DNA from: a virus
Taxonomy: Duplodnaviria > Caudoviricetes
Strand: one strand, 5' to 3'
DNA: 64,000 nucleotides
IMG/VR virus record: IMGVR_UViG_3300035696_000044
Span: 39 to 64,038 of that record
Below, one piece after another: positions 8,753 to 18,515 of this stretch. The notes under the pieces were generated by a model. That model did not search any database, was not told the origin of the DNA, and saw only the letters and a list, made by a program, of their open reading frames with translations. Within the stretch, counting starts at the first letter, position 1, and each line of letters opens with the position of its first letter. A program made the translations under genes and the position numbers.

Positions 8753-11235
8753 TGCAGACGCAGCTAAAGACTGGCGGTGGTCAAGAGACCAAAGAGGAGA
8801 AGTTCCTCCGCCTCGCGCAGAAGCGATTGAAGCGGTGCATCGACTCCGACGACCACAACCGCAGAGGGGCAATAGAGGATCTGAAGTTCCTGAACGGGGA
8901 CATGTGGGATCAGGCGGAGTTGCAGCGTCGGGCGGCATCGGGGAGGCCAGCATTGAAAGTACCGCTGCTTCCCAAATTCGTAGATCAAGTTGTGGGTGAC
9001 CAACGCCACAACCGCCCGCGTATCAAGGTCCAACCCCTCTCCCCCGACTCCTCCCCCCACGTGGCCAAGATATACGAAGGTCTCATGAGGACGGTGGAGT
9101 ACGTGAGCAATGCCGAGACCATCTACGACCAAGCGTTTGAGCAGATGGTCAGTGGCCGCTACGGTGCCTGGCGCTACCTCACACGCTGGTGCGAGGACAA
9201 CCCCTTCGTACAAGAGATATTCATCGAGCGTATCCCCAACCCAATGACGGTATACCTGGACCCGGACGCAAGGGACATTACCGGCCTCGATGCAAAGTAC
9301 GCCTTCATCCTCGACACCGTACCTCGCAAGGAGTTCGAGGAGCGCTACCCCGATGCCAAAGTCCCTGGCCAGATGCTAGAGCGTATGCCTGCAGGATTGG
9401 CGTTCGAGGGGTGGTATGACCAGGACAACGTAACCGTAGCCGAATACTTCCTCCTCGACACCAAGAAGGTCAAACTCTGCCAGATGGAAGACGGCAGCGT
9501 GATGGAGAAGAAGGAAGCGGACAAGCTGATTAAGGAATGGAAGAAGCAGTATGAGGAAGGAGAGGGGATGGGGTTGCCACCAGGACCCCCGCTGCCTCCT
9601 CCCGGACTTCCTCCTCCGGGTGTACCGGGGACTGAGCAGCATATGGCAGGGGCAAGGGGACCTGGACCTATTCCTGGTGCAGGTGGACCACAGCCCACAC
9701 CAGGTGGCGCAGGACCCATGCCCGGTGGCCCTGCACTAGGTGGTCAGCCTCAAGGCCCGCCCAAGCCTCAGCTCCCAGCCATACCCAAGCTCCCTCCTGT
9801 GCGTCCCTGCCCCAAGATCGTAAAGACGCGGCAGAGCGAGCGCACCGAGGTCCGCCACTACCTCATCACCGCCGATGAGATCATCGACACCGGGGCCAAG
9901 CTCGACTCCGACGGGGAACCGGCCAAGATGACGATGGAAGAGAAGCTGGACGGAACCCTGATCCCCGGTCGCTATATACCTATCGTACTTATCAAGGGTC
10001 GTGAGCGCAACATCGAGGGCAAGACCTACATACGCTCCCTCATTACCGATGCCAAGGACCCCCAGAAGTACCTCAACTACTGTATAACCGGCGCTGCCGA
10101 GGTGGTGTTCCTGGCACCAAAGGCTCCGTGGATCGGCACCCCCAAGCAGTTTGAAGGCTTCGAGAACGACTTCGCCTTGGCCAACGTGGAGAACTACCCG
10201 ATCCTCAAGTACAACCCGGACAAGGAAGCCCAAGGCGCTCCACAGCGCAACCACCCAGGCAACCCTCCCACAGCTATCCTCAGCCAGGTAGCCGAGGCCA
10301 AGCAGAACATCACCAACGTCATAGGGATGGGGTTGTACGATACGGGGAACGAGAAGAGTCCCGAGCGTACCGGGGCAGCGGTACAGCTGAAGCAGATGCC
10401 GGGTGATATCAGCACCTATCCCCTCCAGGACAACTTGGTGCGCGGGGTTCTCAAAGGTGGCAGGATCATGGCTGCCATGATACCCGAGGTGGTCGACACA
10501 GCCCGTGATGTACGGCTACGTGGCCTCGATGACAGTGAGACCTTCGCCCCGGTCAACATGATGGTTGGGGATGTGGTGGACAGGGTCCAGGCCAACCCAG
10601 GCCGGTACTCCGGTATCGACCACGACCACATCAGCTACGTGTGGAGGGCCAAGGGACAGAAGGCGATGTTCAACGATCTGTCGGTGGGGCAGTACGATGT
10701 AGCCGTGACTGTAGGCCCGTCCTACGCCACGCAGAGGCAGGAAGCTGCCGAGGCCATGCTGCGGTTGGTCCAGGCCATGCCCCAGCGTATGCAGGTGGCA
10801 GCCGACCTCATCGTTGGCAACATGGTCTTCAAAGACAGCGAGGCATTGGAAGAACGACTGCGCAAGACCCTGCCAGCAGGCATTGCCAAGCCCAAGCCCG
10901 GTGAGGCACCGACACCACCCCCACCTCCGTCTCCACAGGTTGTTCTCCAGATGGAGAAGATCAAGGAATCCCAGCTCAAGCAGCAGGTGGCGATACTCAA
11001 GGCCAAGGAGGAGATGCTCAAGATCCTGGCAGCCCTACGCAGTGAGCAGGCCGATGTGAAGCAGATTGTGCTGAAGACCATCGCTGAACTCCACGCCCCG
11101 GAGCATCCAGCGGATAAGCTGATGCAGCCACAGGGGGGTGGGCAGCCAGGTAGACCCAATGGTGGACTGCTGGGGGGAATGCCCCAGCTTCCAGATATGA
11201 ATGCCGGTATGAACTTTGAACAAGGAGGAGAGTAA
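8752..11235 (+). CDS. Portal protein (P22-like)
   Basis: EDLKFLNGDMW, GRPAL, GRYGAWR, DPDARD, RSLITDAKDPQKYLNY, GQYDVAVTVGPSYATQRQEAAEAM. Confidence 0.9.
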   Translation: MQTQLKTGGGQETKEEKFLRLAQKRLKRCIDSDDHNRRGAIEDLKFLNGDMWDQAELQRRAASGRPALKVPLLPKFVDQVVGDQRHNRPRIKVQPLSPDSSPHVAKIYEGLMRTVEYVSNAETIYDQAFEQMVSGRYGAWRYLTRWCEDNPFVQEIFIERIPNPMTVYLDPDARDITGLDAKYAFILDTVPRKEFEERYPDAKVPGQMLERMPAGLAFEGWYDQDNVTVAEYFLLDTKKVKLCQMEDGSVMEKKEADKLIKEWKKQYEEGEGMGLPPGPPLPPPGLPPPGVPGTEQHMAGARGPGPIPGAGGPQPTPGGAGPMPGGPALGGQPQGPPKPQLPAIPKLPPVRPCPKIVKTRQSERTEVRHYLITADEIIDTGAKLDSDGEPAKMTMEEKLDGTLIPGRYIPIVLIKGRERNIEGKTYIRSLITDAKDPQKYLNYCITGAAEVVFLAPKAPWIGTPKQFEGFENDFALANVENYPILKYNPDKEAQGAPQRNHPGNPPTAILSQVAEAKQNITNVIGMGLYDTGNEKSPERTGAAVQLKQMPGDISTYPLQDNLVRGVLKGGRIMAAMIPEVVDTARDVRLRGLDDSETFAPVNMMVGDVVDRVQANPGRYSGIDHDHISYVWRAKGQKAMFNDLSVGQYDVAVTVGPSYATQRQEAAEAMLRLVQAMPQRMQVAADLIVGNMVFKDSEALEERLRKTLPAGIAKPKPGEAPTPPPPPSPQVVLQMEKIKESQLKQQVAILKAKEEMLKILAALRSEQADVKQIVLKTIAELHAPEHPADKLMQPQGGGQPGRPNGGLLGGMPQLPDMNAGMNFEQGGE

Positions 11236-11237
11236 GT

Positions 11238-12101
11238 ATGGACCCGATACAAGAACCCTTGGTGGTCGGTGCCGACACCAACCAAGACCTTACCCCCGAG
11301 CCTACTCCTGATCCCGCCCCGCCCCCTACCGAGGTAGTGTTGGCCAAGCTCAAGGAGGAAAAGGAGTACTGGAAGGGCGTGGCGGATGGGCGATCCACAG
11401 CAGCCCCAGCGCCCCCGCCTATCCCGCAGGTAGCCCCTGCCCCGGTCGACCCGGAACCCGAGGTGGCGGCGGAGCCAAGGTTCGAGGACTTTTCGGACCC
11501 AGGTAAGTTCTACGCCGCCCAGACCCGCCACCTCCGCTCCCAGCAGCAGCACGACGCTTGGCGGGATCGTCAAACCCGCAGGGAGCAGGAGCGGGTGGAG
11601 AGTGCCCAACGCACCGAACGTGAGAAGCAGCAGCGTGCGATGGAGACCTTCGAGTCAAGGTTGGCCGAGGCTGCCAAGGTCGAACCCGACATCTACACCA
11701 TTCGTGAGTCGTTAGGCACCCGAGTGGCACAGCATACAGCGAGGTTGCTAATCGAATCCGAGTACGCCCCGCGTTTGCTCCGCCACCTATCCGATAACCC
11801 GGCAGTGCTGGCGCGTATCAACTCCATGGACCCCCTGGCAGCGGTAAAAGAGGTTGCCAAGATAGAGCTGGGGTTGAGCAAGGGACTTACCGACGACAGC
11901 GGTAGAGTGAAGGTGGTGTCGGATACCCCGGCCCCCGCACCCTCTGTTCCCGGCAAAGGACCCAACGTCGATGTCAGCGATCCAGGCGACCCCGATGCAG
12001 CCGGTCGCATGGACCCCAATGACTGGGTGTACAAACGCAACATGCAGGTACTGGGGAGGCTTCAGCAAGCCGATGCTGCAAGGGCATCCCAACGTAGGTA
12101 A
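11238..12101 (+). CDS. Scaffolding protein
   Basis: Between portal and coat; FSDPGKFYAA, coiled coil and PAPAPSVPG tail. Confidence 0.8.
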   Translation: MDPIQEPLVVGADTNQDLTPEPTPDPAPPPTEVVLAKLKEEKEYWKGVADGRSTAAPAPPPIPQVAPAPVDPEPEVAAEPRFEDFSDPGKFYAAQTRHLRSQQQHDAWRDRQTRREQERVESAQRTEREKQQRAMETFESRLAEAAKVEPDIYTIRESLGTRVAQHTARLLIESEYAPRLLRHLSDNPAVLARINSMDPLAAVKEVAKIELGLSKGLTDDSGRVKVVSDTPAPAPSVPGKGPNVDVSDPGDPDAAGRMDPNDWVYKRNMQVLGRLQQADAARASQRR

Positions 12102-12182
12102 GGACCACACTATCCACTATATCCCACTGCGTCTTGGGTTGGAGGACCCTGAGAGGGCAGAATCAAGAAGGAGAACTAAACC

Positions 12183-14312
12183 ATGGCGTCTAAGTACATT
12201 ACTCCAACCCAAGTATTAAGAGAGGCACTTCGGATTGAATGCAGTCCCCTTGAGTAGAGATGCTCATTGAAGAACGCTTTGAATTCAGAGGAACTCATGT
12301 TATGGTGAAGCAAACTTACATGGATGGGAGCCACAACATGACAACTTTGAGCGAAGCCTGGAAGTGTTGCAAATGTGATGAGTCGAGAATTGAGGAACGG
12401 TCGGCAGACTACTACCACTGCTACGCTTGCCTCAGAATATACTATGCTGAGTATAGAGCCAAGCACAGGGAAGAACTCAACGCCTACCACCGAATGCTAC
12501 GGAAACGTGATGCAGAGAAGTACAAAGGGTATTCGGCCAAGCGTAGGCAGGAGAAGCTAGGTAGCATGACACCGGAACAGCTAGTAGAATTCCACCAAAT
12601 GGAAGCGGACAAAACCAGACGCCTTAATAGGGTTATTAAGGATGAGGTCTTTGAACGCTATGGTGGGTACATATGTGCCTGTTGCGGAGAGACCGAGGAA
12701 GCCTTCCTCACCATCGACCATATGGACAACAATGGACACCAGCACCGGAAAGAGATGTCGAGCAATGGGCACACAGTAGGGTCCACTCAGACCTACCGGT
12801 GGCTCAAGAGGCATGGTTTCCCTCCTGGTTTCCAGGTCCTGTGCATGAACTGCCAGTTTGGCAGGAAGCACAACAACGGCGTTTGCCCACACCAGGAACG
12901 TGCGACGGCTATCCCCGGAGGGGGAGTAGGGTCAAGCGGCCCGAAGCGGAGCGGGTCCCACCAGGGATCATGACATAGCCTACTCTGCATGGTGACATGC
13001 AGCAGCCCGAAAGGGCGGGCAGGGATTAGCGACCCCTGTTGAATGCCAAGGTCTTCACAATAAATGCATACTGTTGGCTGCAAGCGACAGGCAATATTCA
13101 AAAGAGTTCGCAATTGCTGGTGCAAAAGTAGGAAATAGTATAAATGTCCGTCTGCCCAACCGCTACTATGTGTCCAGGCAGACTGCACTCCAGATGCAGG
13201 ACACCCAGGAAATCATGATCCCGGTGAAGCTCACCACGCCGTATCAAGTAGGCTTGGTGTTCACCGCTCAGGATCTGCTCCTGTCCCTCGATGACTTCTC
13301 CAAGCGCATCATCACACCGGCGATGGCGAGCATGGCCTCTGCAATCGACTACGATGGCTTCTCCATGTTCAAGTCGGTATTCAACATGGTGGGGAACCCA
13401 GGATCAACTCCGGGCGTGGCAGGCGGTGTGGCAGGCAGCTTTACCGATTCCAGCTCCCCCAACATCTACCTCAACGCCGGTGTGCTGCTGAACTACATGG
13501 CAGTGCCCAAAGACAACAACAGATGGGTTATGTACGATCCCTTGGCGGAAGCGCGGTCGGCTGCGGGCTTTGCTGGACTCTTCAACCCCAGTAAAGACAT
13601 CAGCCACATGTTCCTGGAAGGCGACATCCAGCGAGCCCAAGGGTTCAACTTCGCCATGGGGCAGAACATCAACAGGCTGGCGTGTGGCAATAGAGCGGGT
13701 ACCCCGGTGACCTACGGGTCGCAAGCAGCGTCGGGGTCGGTGGTCAGCACCCTGGCAACGTCGGGCTGGACCGCCAACACCGTCATCAACGCCGGTGAGG
13801 TCATAAAGATCGGCACCGCCAACTCGTCCCAGGTCAACTTCGTAAACCCGGAAACCCAGCAGGATACCGGCATCCAGGCGATGTTCGTAGTTCAGCAGAC
13901 TACACAGGCAAGCTCGACCGGGCTGATGAACATCCCGATCTACCCGAGCATCCAGGTAGCCAGTGTACCCCAGGGTGCCAACGCGACCTACAACACCGCT
14001 ACCGGCACCGTGTGGCCCACCGACCTCACCAACCAGATCTCCAACAACCTGACCATCACCTTGTCTTCAGGGTCGGCCAACACCTCGTATCCGCAACACT
14101 TGGCCTTCCACAAAGACTGGTCGACGTTTGCCACCGCCGACTACCTGATGCCGGGCGGTGTGGACTTTGCTGCGAGGGAGACGTACGAGGGTGTTTCGAT
14201 GTTAATAACTCGACAATATGATATAAACAATCTAAATTATCCTTGTAGGCTGGATGTACTCGCAGGATGGAACGTTTTGCGCCCTGAGCTTGCTGTAAGA
14301 ATAACAGGATGA
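12183..14312 (+). CDS. Major capsid protein (P22 gp5-like), two exons 12183-12235 + 13052-14312, 437 aa spliced
   Basis: Splicing gives MASKYITPTQVLREALRILHNK...DRQYSKEFAIAGAKVGNSINVRLPNRY; C-terminal CRLDVLAGWNVLRPELAVRITG. Confidence 0.9.
12236..13051 (+). mobile_element. Group I intron in the capsid gene (816 nt)
   Basis: 5' exon ends in U, intron ends in G. P1 GGAU/GUCC with U.G wobble; P7 GGCUA (12907-12911) pairs with UAGCC (12976-12980); P9 CTGCATG-GTGA-CATGCAG; removal restores the frame. Confidence 0.9.
12260..12973 (+). CDS. Intron-encoded HNH homing endonuclease
   Basis: CACCGE...LTIDH.DNNG...LCMNCQ. Start uncertain. Confidence 0.85.
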   Translation: MLIEERFEFRGTHVMVKQTYMDGSHNMTTLSEAWKCCKCDESRIEERSADYYHCYACLRIYYAEYRAKHREELNAYHRMLRKRDAEKYKGYSAKRRQEKLGSMTPEQLVEFHQMEADKTRRLNRVIKDEVFERYGGYICACCGETEEAFLTIDHMDNNGHQHRKEMSSNGHTVGSTQTYRWLKRHGFPPGFQVLCMNCQFGRKHNNGVCPHQERATAIPGGGVGSSGPKRSGSHQGS

Positions 14313-14346
14313 TATAAACAATCCTATGCTTTGTGCAAAATCACCC

Positions 14347-14375
14347 TTGACACAATCACTAGTACGTGATACCTT
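14347..14375 (+). promoter_or_regulatory. sigma70-like promoter of the free-standing HNH gene
   Basis: TTGACA-17 nt-TACCTT, then AGGAGG RBS. Confidence 0.55.
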
Positions 14376-14406
14376 CCCTGAAACTAAACTTTCAAGGAGG
14401 ACGTTC

Positions 14407-15204
14407 ATGGACGACCATAAGACGTGTTGTATCAAAGGGTGTGACCTCCCGGTAGTTGCTCTAGGGATGTGCAACAAGCATTGGAGACGCAACAAGATGT
14501 ATGGGTCCCCTGTGGCCCTGAAGCAACATGGGGGAATGTACCGGGGTAAGCCCCCCATTGAGAGGTTTGAGATGCAGTTTCGGAAAGCCGGTCCTGATGA
14601 TTGCTGGATATGGCTTACTAGCAAGGACCCAGATGGATACGGTAGGTTCAAGGGTGAGGCTAACGGGGTGATGGAGAAACGAGCACACAGGTTCTCCTAC
14701 AGGTTCTTTGTAGGGGATATTCCTCCTGACAAGTGTGTATGCCACTCCTGTGATAACCCTCCCTGTGTGAACCCAGCTCACTTGTTCCTTGGTAGCAATG
14801 CTGACAATATCCGGGACAAGTTGGCCAAGAACAGGCACATCTCGGCAAGGGGTGTAGATCACTACAAGGCCACCCTCACAGAGGAGCAAGTGAGGGAGAT
14901 CCTGAAGGACCCACGGCCCTATACTGCCATCGCCTCGGACTATGGAGTACGCTCCGGGCTGATCTCAAACATCAAGAACCGCCACATCTGGGCACATGTG
15001 GACCCTGACCTGCCAGTGGTAAAGGGCAGCAAGCGGGGCTCCGGTGCAGGAAGACGTGGAAAGAGTGAGCACATTACCCCAGAGATAGTGCGTGAGATAC
15101 GATCTAGCACCCGCTCTGGGAGAATCCTCGCTGAGAAGTACGGGGTCAGTATCATGACCATCAGCGATATTCGGCGGGGTAAGTCTTGGAAACACGTTAC
15201 GTAA
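14407..15204 (+). CDS. Free-standing HNH endonuclease with C-terminal HTH repeats
   Basis: DDCWIW, RAHRFSY, VCHSCDNPPCVNPAHLFLG. Confidence 0.9.
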   Translation: MDDHKTCCIKGCDLPVVALGMCNKHWRRNKMYGSPVALKQHGGMYRGKPPIERFEMQFRKAGPDDCWIWLTSKDPDGYGRFKGEANGVMEKRAHRFSYRFFVGDIPPDKCVCHSCDNPPCVNPAHLFLGSNADNIRDKLAKNRHISARGVDHYKATLTEEQVREILKDPRPYTAIASDYGVRSGLISNIKNRHIWAHVDPDLPVVKGSKRGSGAGRRGKSEHITPEIVREIRSSTRSGRILAEKYGVSIMTISDIRRGKSWKHVT

Positions 15205-15281
15205 CAATGGTGGAGGACAACACCAATAACCTTTCGCCGAGGCGGGTGATACTTCCCCCGACCCGGTAAAGGATCTTCGTT

Positions 15282-17000
15282 ATGGCTAGAAAGCTCATCA
15301 CTGTACCGCCCGACGGCATGAACGTCGGTGCAAAACCTTCCGACCAGTGGGCAGGCTGGGGTGCTCCCCCGGTTCCGCAGCGCTCCACCAACATGCAGCA
15401 GGTGATCCAGGGTGGACCGATCATGGCCCTCACCTGTTATTCGGCAAACGTCGGGGCCATCGCCAACGCCACGGCCAACTACATCGCCACGGCCAATGCG
15501 GTGTGCAACGGCATCGCCACCACCGACTTCGTGGTAGCGGGCAACTGGCCTGCCGCCGTAGCCAACTGTAGCTACTTCGCCTTCAACGCCAACATTGCAG
15601 CCAGCAACGTGGCGATGGACCAGTTCAGCCCAACCACGGCAGCGGGTGCGAACGGTGCCAACGTGGCGTGGACCTTCGCAGCTCTGCGCGGTGCGCCTTA
15701 CGCCACCCCGACCTGGGTACCGACAGCAGTATCGGCCAACTCCGGTAGCATCCAGACGCTGACGTTAGCGCCGACCGCCAACGCTGTCGCCACCGCCACT
15801 ATCAACGCGTCAGGACAGCTCACCGCCATCACCATGAGCAACGTAGGTGCTGGCTACTGGGTGCCACCCACCGTCGTCATAACCCCGGCAGCTCCGGTCA
15901 CCGACGACCCCATCTCGGCTGGCGGCACGGGTACCGCGAACGGTGCCCCGATTACGGCCAACTACTACGCCCCGACCGGTGGTGGACTTCCGCCTGCAAC
16001 AGGTGGCTCCGGTGCCTCCGCCGTGGCAGTGGTGGCGAACGGCAACGTAACCGGTTGCATCATCACCAACCCCGGTTCCGGCTACACGGCAGCCCCCACC
16101 ATCAGCTTCATCGGCGGGACCTACTGCGCCCCCGGCATGATGGTACAGGTGAACACCCTGGCTGCCCAGGCGAACTGTACCATTACCAACGCCTACGTGA
16201 GCAACAACAATCAGGTGACCCTGAGCTATTTCAACTCCAACACCACCGCCGCCATAACCCCGACTGCCAACAACATCCGGGTGCTGTGCTTCAACGAGTT
16301 CCCGGCTCTCTCCCCGGTGGTCAGTTGTGCGTTCAACTACAAAGACTCGGCCAACGGTACCGCCAACCAAGTGGCAGCCGCTTCAACCGCCACGCTCATC
16401 CAAGGTCTGACCTCCAATGACATCTGTATCGGAGCCACTCCGATTGCGGTTACAGACGTGCATACCTTGGTGAACAGCGGGGTGGTAGGGTCCGGGAACC
16501 TTACCCTGATTGGTACGGGCATTACCGGTGTAGCCAACATCGGTGCCGCCGCCAACTACAATGCCGGTATCTATCGTTCCACCTGCCCCGCACCGTTGAA
16601 CGTCTTCGCCATGTACCTCACGGCGAACGCCAACACCATCCCGGCAAGCAACGTGTCGGAAGTCGTATACAACGTGCCCACCGGTATCACGATCCAGGCG
16701 AATGCTCCAACCTTCGTCAACTTCCTGTCCCCCGTAGCCAACCAGTTCATCGGCGGCGTACGGGCCAACTCGTCGGGCAACATCGCGGTCAACTGGGTAA
16801 ACGCCACCAACACTGCAACCGCCAACCCCGGTGGATGGCTCCTGGTCGGGTCTTTCCAAACCCTCATCCCAACCGTCAACGCCAACCAGCTGTATGGCAA
16901 CTGCACCCAGATGGTCTCCCAGACGATCAACCAGGTGATCGACAACATCAACGACTACCAACACGCCCTGGTCAACTTCGGCATCATCAAGGGCGCGTAA
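15282..17000 (+). CDS. Putative capsid decoration protein with large beta-rich insertion (572 aa)
   Basis: First structural gene after the coat. PDG...GWGAPPVPQ N-terminus and ALVNFGIIKGA C-terminus; internal ITNPGSGYTAAPTI-type repeats. Confidence 0.55.
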   Translation: MARKLITVPPDGMNVGAKPSDQWAGWGAPPVPQRSTNMQQVIQGGPIMALTCYSANVGAIANATANYIATANAVCNGIATTDFVVAGNWPAAVANCSYFAFNANIAASNVAMDQFSPTTAAGANGANVAWTFAALRGAPYATPTWVPTAVSANSGSIQTLTLAPTANAVATATINASGQLTAITMSNVGAGYWVPPTVVITPAAPVTDDPISAGGTGTANGAPITANYYAPTGGGLPPATGGSGASAVAVVANGNVTGCIITNPGSGYTAAPTISFIGGTYCAPGMMVQVNTLAAQANCTITNAYVSNNNQVTLSYFNSNTTAAITPTANNIRVLCFNEFPALSPVVSCAFNYKDSANGTANQVAAASTATLIQGLTSNDICIGATPIAVTDVHTLVNSGVVGSGNLTLIGTGITGVANIGAAANYNAGIYRSTCPAPLNVFAMYLTANANTIPASNVSEVVYNVPTGITIQANAPTFVNFLSPVANQFIGGVRANSSGNIAVNWVNATNTATANPGGWLLVGSFQTLIPTVNANQLYGNCTQMVSQTINQVIDNINDYQHALVNFGIIKGA

Positions 17001-17010
17001 GGAGAAGGCT

Positions 17011-17349
17011 ATGGCAATCTGGAATGGAGTGGCAATGGATCTCCTTACCCAGGTGAATGTCATTGTCGCTGCCGGTGTGGGGTCGAATAGGGCCTTGGCC
17101 GCAAACTACCAGAACACCGGCTCTACCATCCTGGTTGTCGATGTCACGGCTAATGCAGGCACTGGGGGTGCAACCACCCTCAGTATCTCCATGGGCAATA
17201 CATCGAGCAACCTGAGCGTGGTAAAGACAATGGCGATAGCAAACACCACGGTAGGAAGCGTCCACTTCGTAGTCCCTCACGGCTGGTACTATCAGGCCAA
17301 CACCACCGGGGGGTCCCCCACTCTTTGGTACTGGACTGAAACCCAGTAG
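17011..17349 (+). CDS. Structural protein, paralog 1
   Basis: NRALAANYQNT...VPHGWYYQ shared with the next ORF. Confidence 0.65.
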   Translation: MAIWNGVAMDLLTQVNVIVAAGVGSNRALAANYQNTGSTILVVDVTANAGTGGATTLSISMGNTSSNLSVVKTMAIANTTVGSVHFVVPHGWYYQANTTGGSPTLWYWTETQ

Positions 17350-17360
17350 AGGAGGGTGAG

Positions 17361-17684
17361 ATGGCTACGGCTACGTGGACAGGAGTAGGACTGGATATCA
17401 TCACCAACCTCGCCAACCAGACGGCGAACCGGGCACTGGCGACGACCTATCAGAACACGACCAATTCGTTCATGATCGTCGACGTGACCCTGACTGCCGG
17501 TGGTAGCGCGGCACTGGCCAACATTAGCGTCGGGGCCTCGCCTTCAACCCTTACGATCATCTTTCAACAAACCATCTCGGCGAGTAACTCGAACGGATTC
17601 CAGGTCGATGTGCCCCACGGGTGGTACTACCAAGTCACGGCCAACGCCACACCGACCGTGACGTATTGGTATGAGAAGTATTAG
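17361..17684 (+). CDS. Structural protein, paralog 2
   Basis: NRALATTYQNT...VPHGWYYQ. Confidence 0.65.
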   Translation: MATATWTGVGLDIITNLANQTANRALATTYQNTTNSFMIVDVTLTAGGSAALANISVGASPSTLTIIFQQTISASNSNGFQVDVPHGWYYQVTANATPTVTYWYEKY

Positions 17685-17720
17685 TCAGGAGTGAACCTTA
17701 ATCCTTGGAGGAGGACAGCA

Positions 17721-18515
17721 ATGGCGGCTAAGGAAAAGATCGTACTCTATACACTTGCAGTGAACAACTACTGCCCCGAGATGACAGCGATAACCTTTCC
17801 ACTTATGGAATACTATGCTGACAAGATCGGGGCAGAGTTTGTTGTCATCCGTGACCGGAAGTGGCCCGACCTTCCCCCGGTCATGGAGAAGTTCCAAGTC
17901 CACGAGATGGCGCAGAAGAACGGGGCGGATTGGCATATCTACCTAGACGCTGACACCCTGGTCCATCCCGACTTCTTCGACATTACGGCGCTTCTCACCA
18001 AAGACACAACGTGTTCGGGGATCAGCTCCGACTTTACCCCGATGCGCTTCGCCCCGGATGAATACTTCCGTAGGGATGGTAGGTTCATCGGCAAGGGCAA
18101 CTGGTGTGCGGTGTTTAGTAACTGGTGTCTGGACTACTACCAGCCGCCCGACCCCATGACGAAAGACCACATCATGGAGTTGGCGAGGAATATCCGGCTG
18201 ACCACCGCCGAGGGGCTGAGCGGGGTGATGGAGAACCACCATCTCATCGACGACTATCTGGTGAGCAGGAATCTTGCGAGATATGGGCTGAAACACACCC
18301 TCATCGGTGAGCTGGCGATGAAGATCAACCGCCCCGACATCCCAGCCATGTTGTGGCATCAGTACCTCCACGATGCGGAGAAGAAGGTGGAGATGATGAA
18401 GCAGCTGCTTACGACTCCGCCGCTGCCGCCTCCGCAGCAGGGAGGGTGGGGGATAGGGATACCGGCACCGAGGGTGGTGGTAGCAGAGGAGGTGGCCATT
18501 GAGACCCCTGCCTGA
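17721..18515 (+). CDS. Glycosyltransferase-like protein (GT-A)
   Basis: IYLDADTLVHPDFFD DxD motif after a Rossmann-like N-terminus. Confidence 0.7.
   Translation: MAAKEKIVLYTLAVNNYCPEMTAITFPLMEYYADKIGAEFVVIRDRKWPDLPPVMEKFQVHEMAQKNGADWHIYLDADTLVHPDFFDITALLTKDTTCSGISSDFTPMRFAPDEYFRRDGRFIGKGNWCAVFSNWCLDYYQPPDPMTKDHIMELARNIRLTTAEGLSGVMENHHLIDDYLVSRNLARYGLKHTLIGELAMKINRPDIPAMLWHQYLHDAEKKVEMMKQLLTTPPLPPPQQGGWGIGIPAPRVVVAEEVAIETPA

Noticed and set aside
8764-11609. Long antisense ORFs over the portal and similar shadows elsewhere (for example 16383-17063, 24309-25181, 40828-41958)
   Set aside because: They are antisense shadows of well-supported genes in GC-rich DNA, with no motifs or RBSs.
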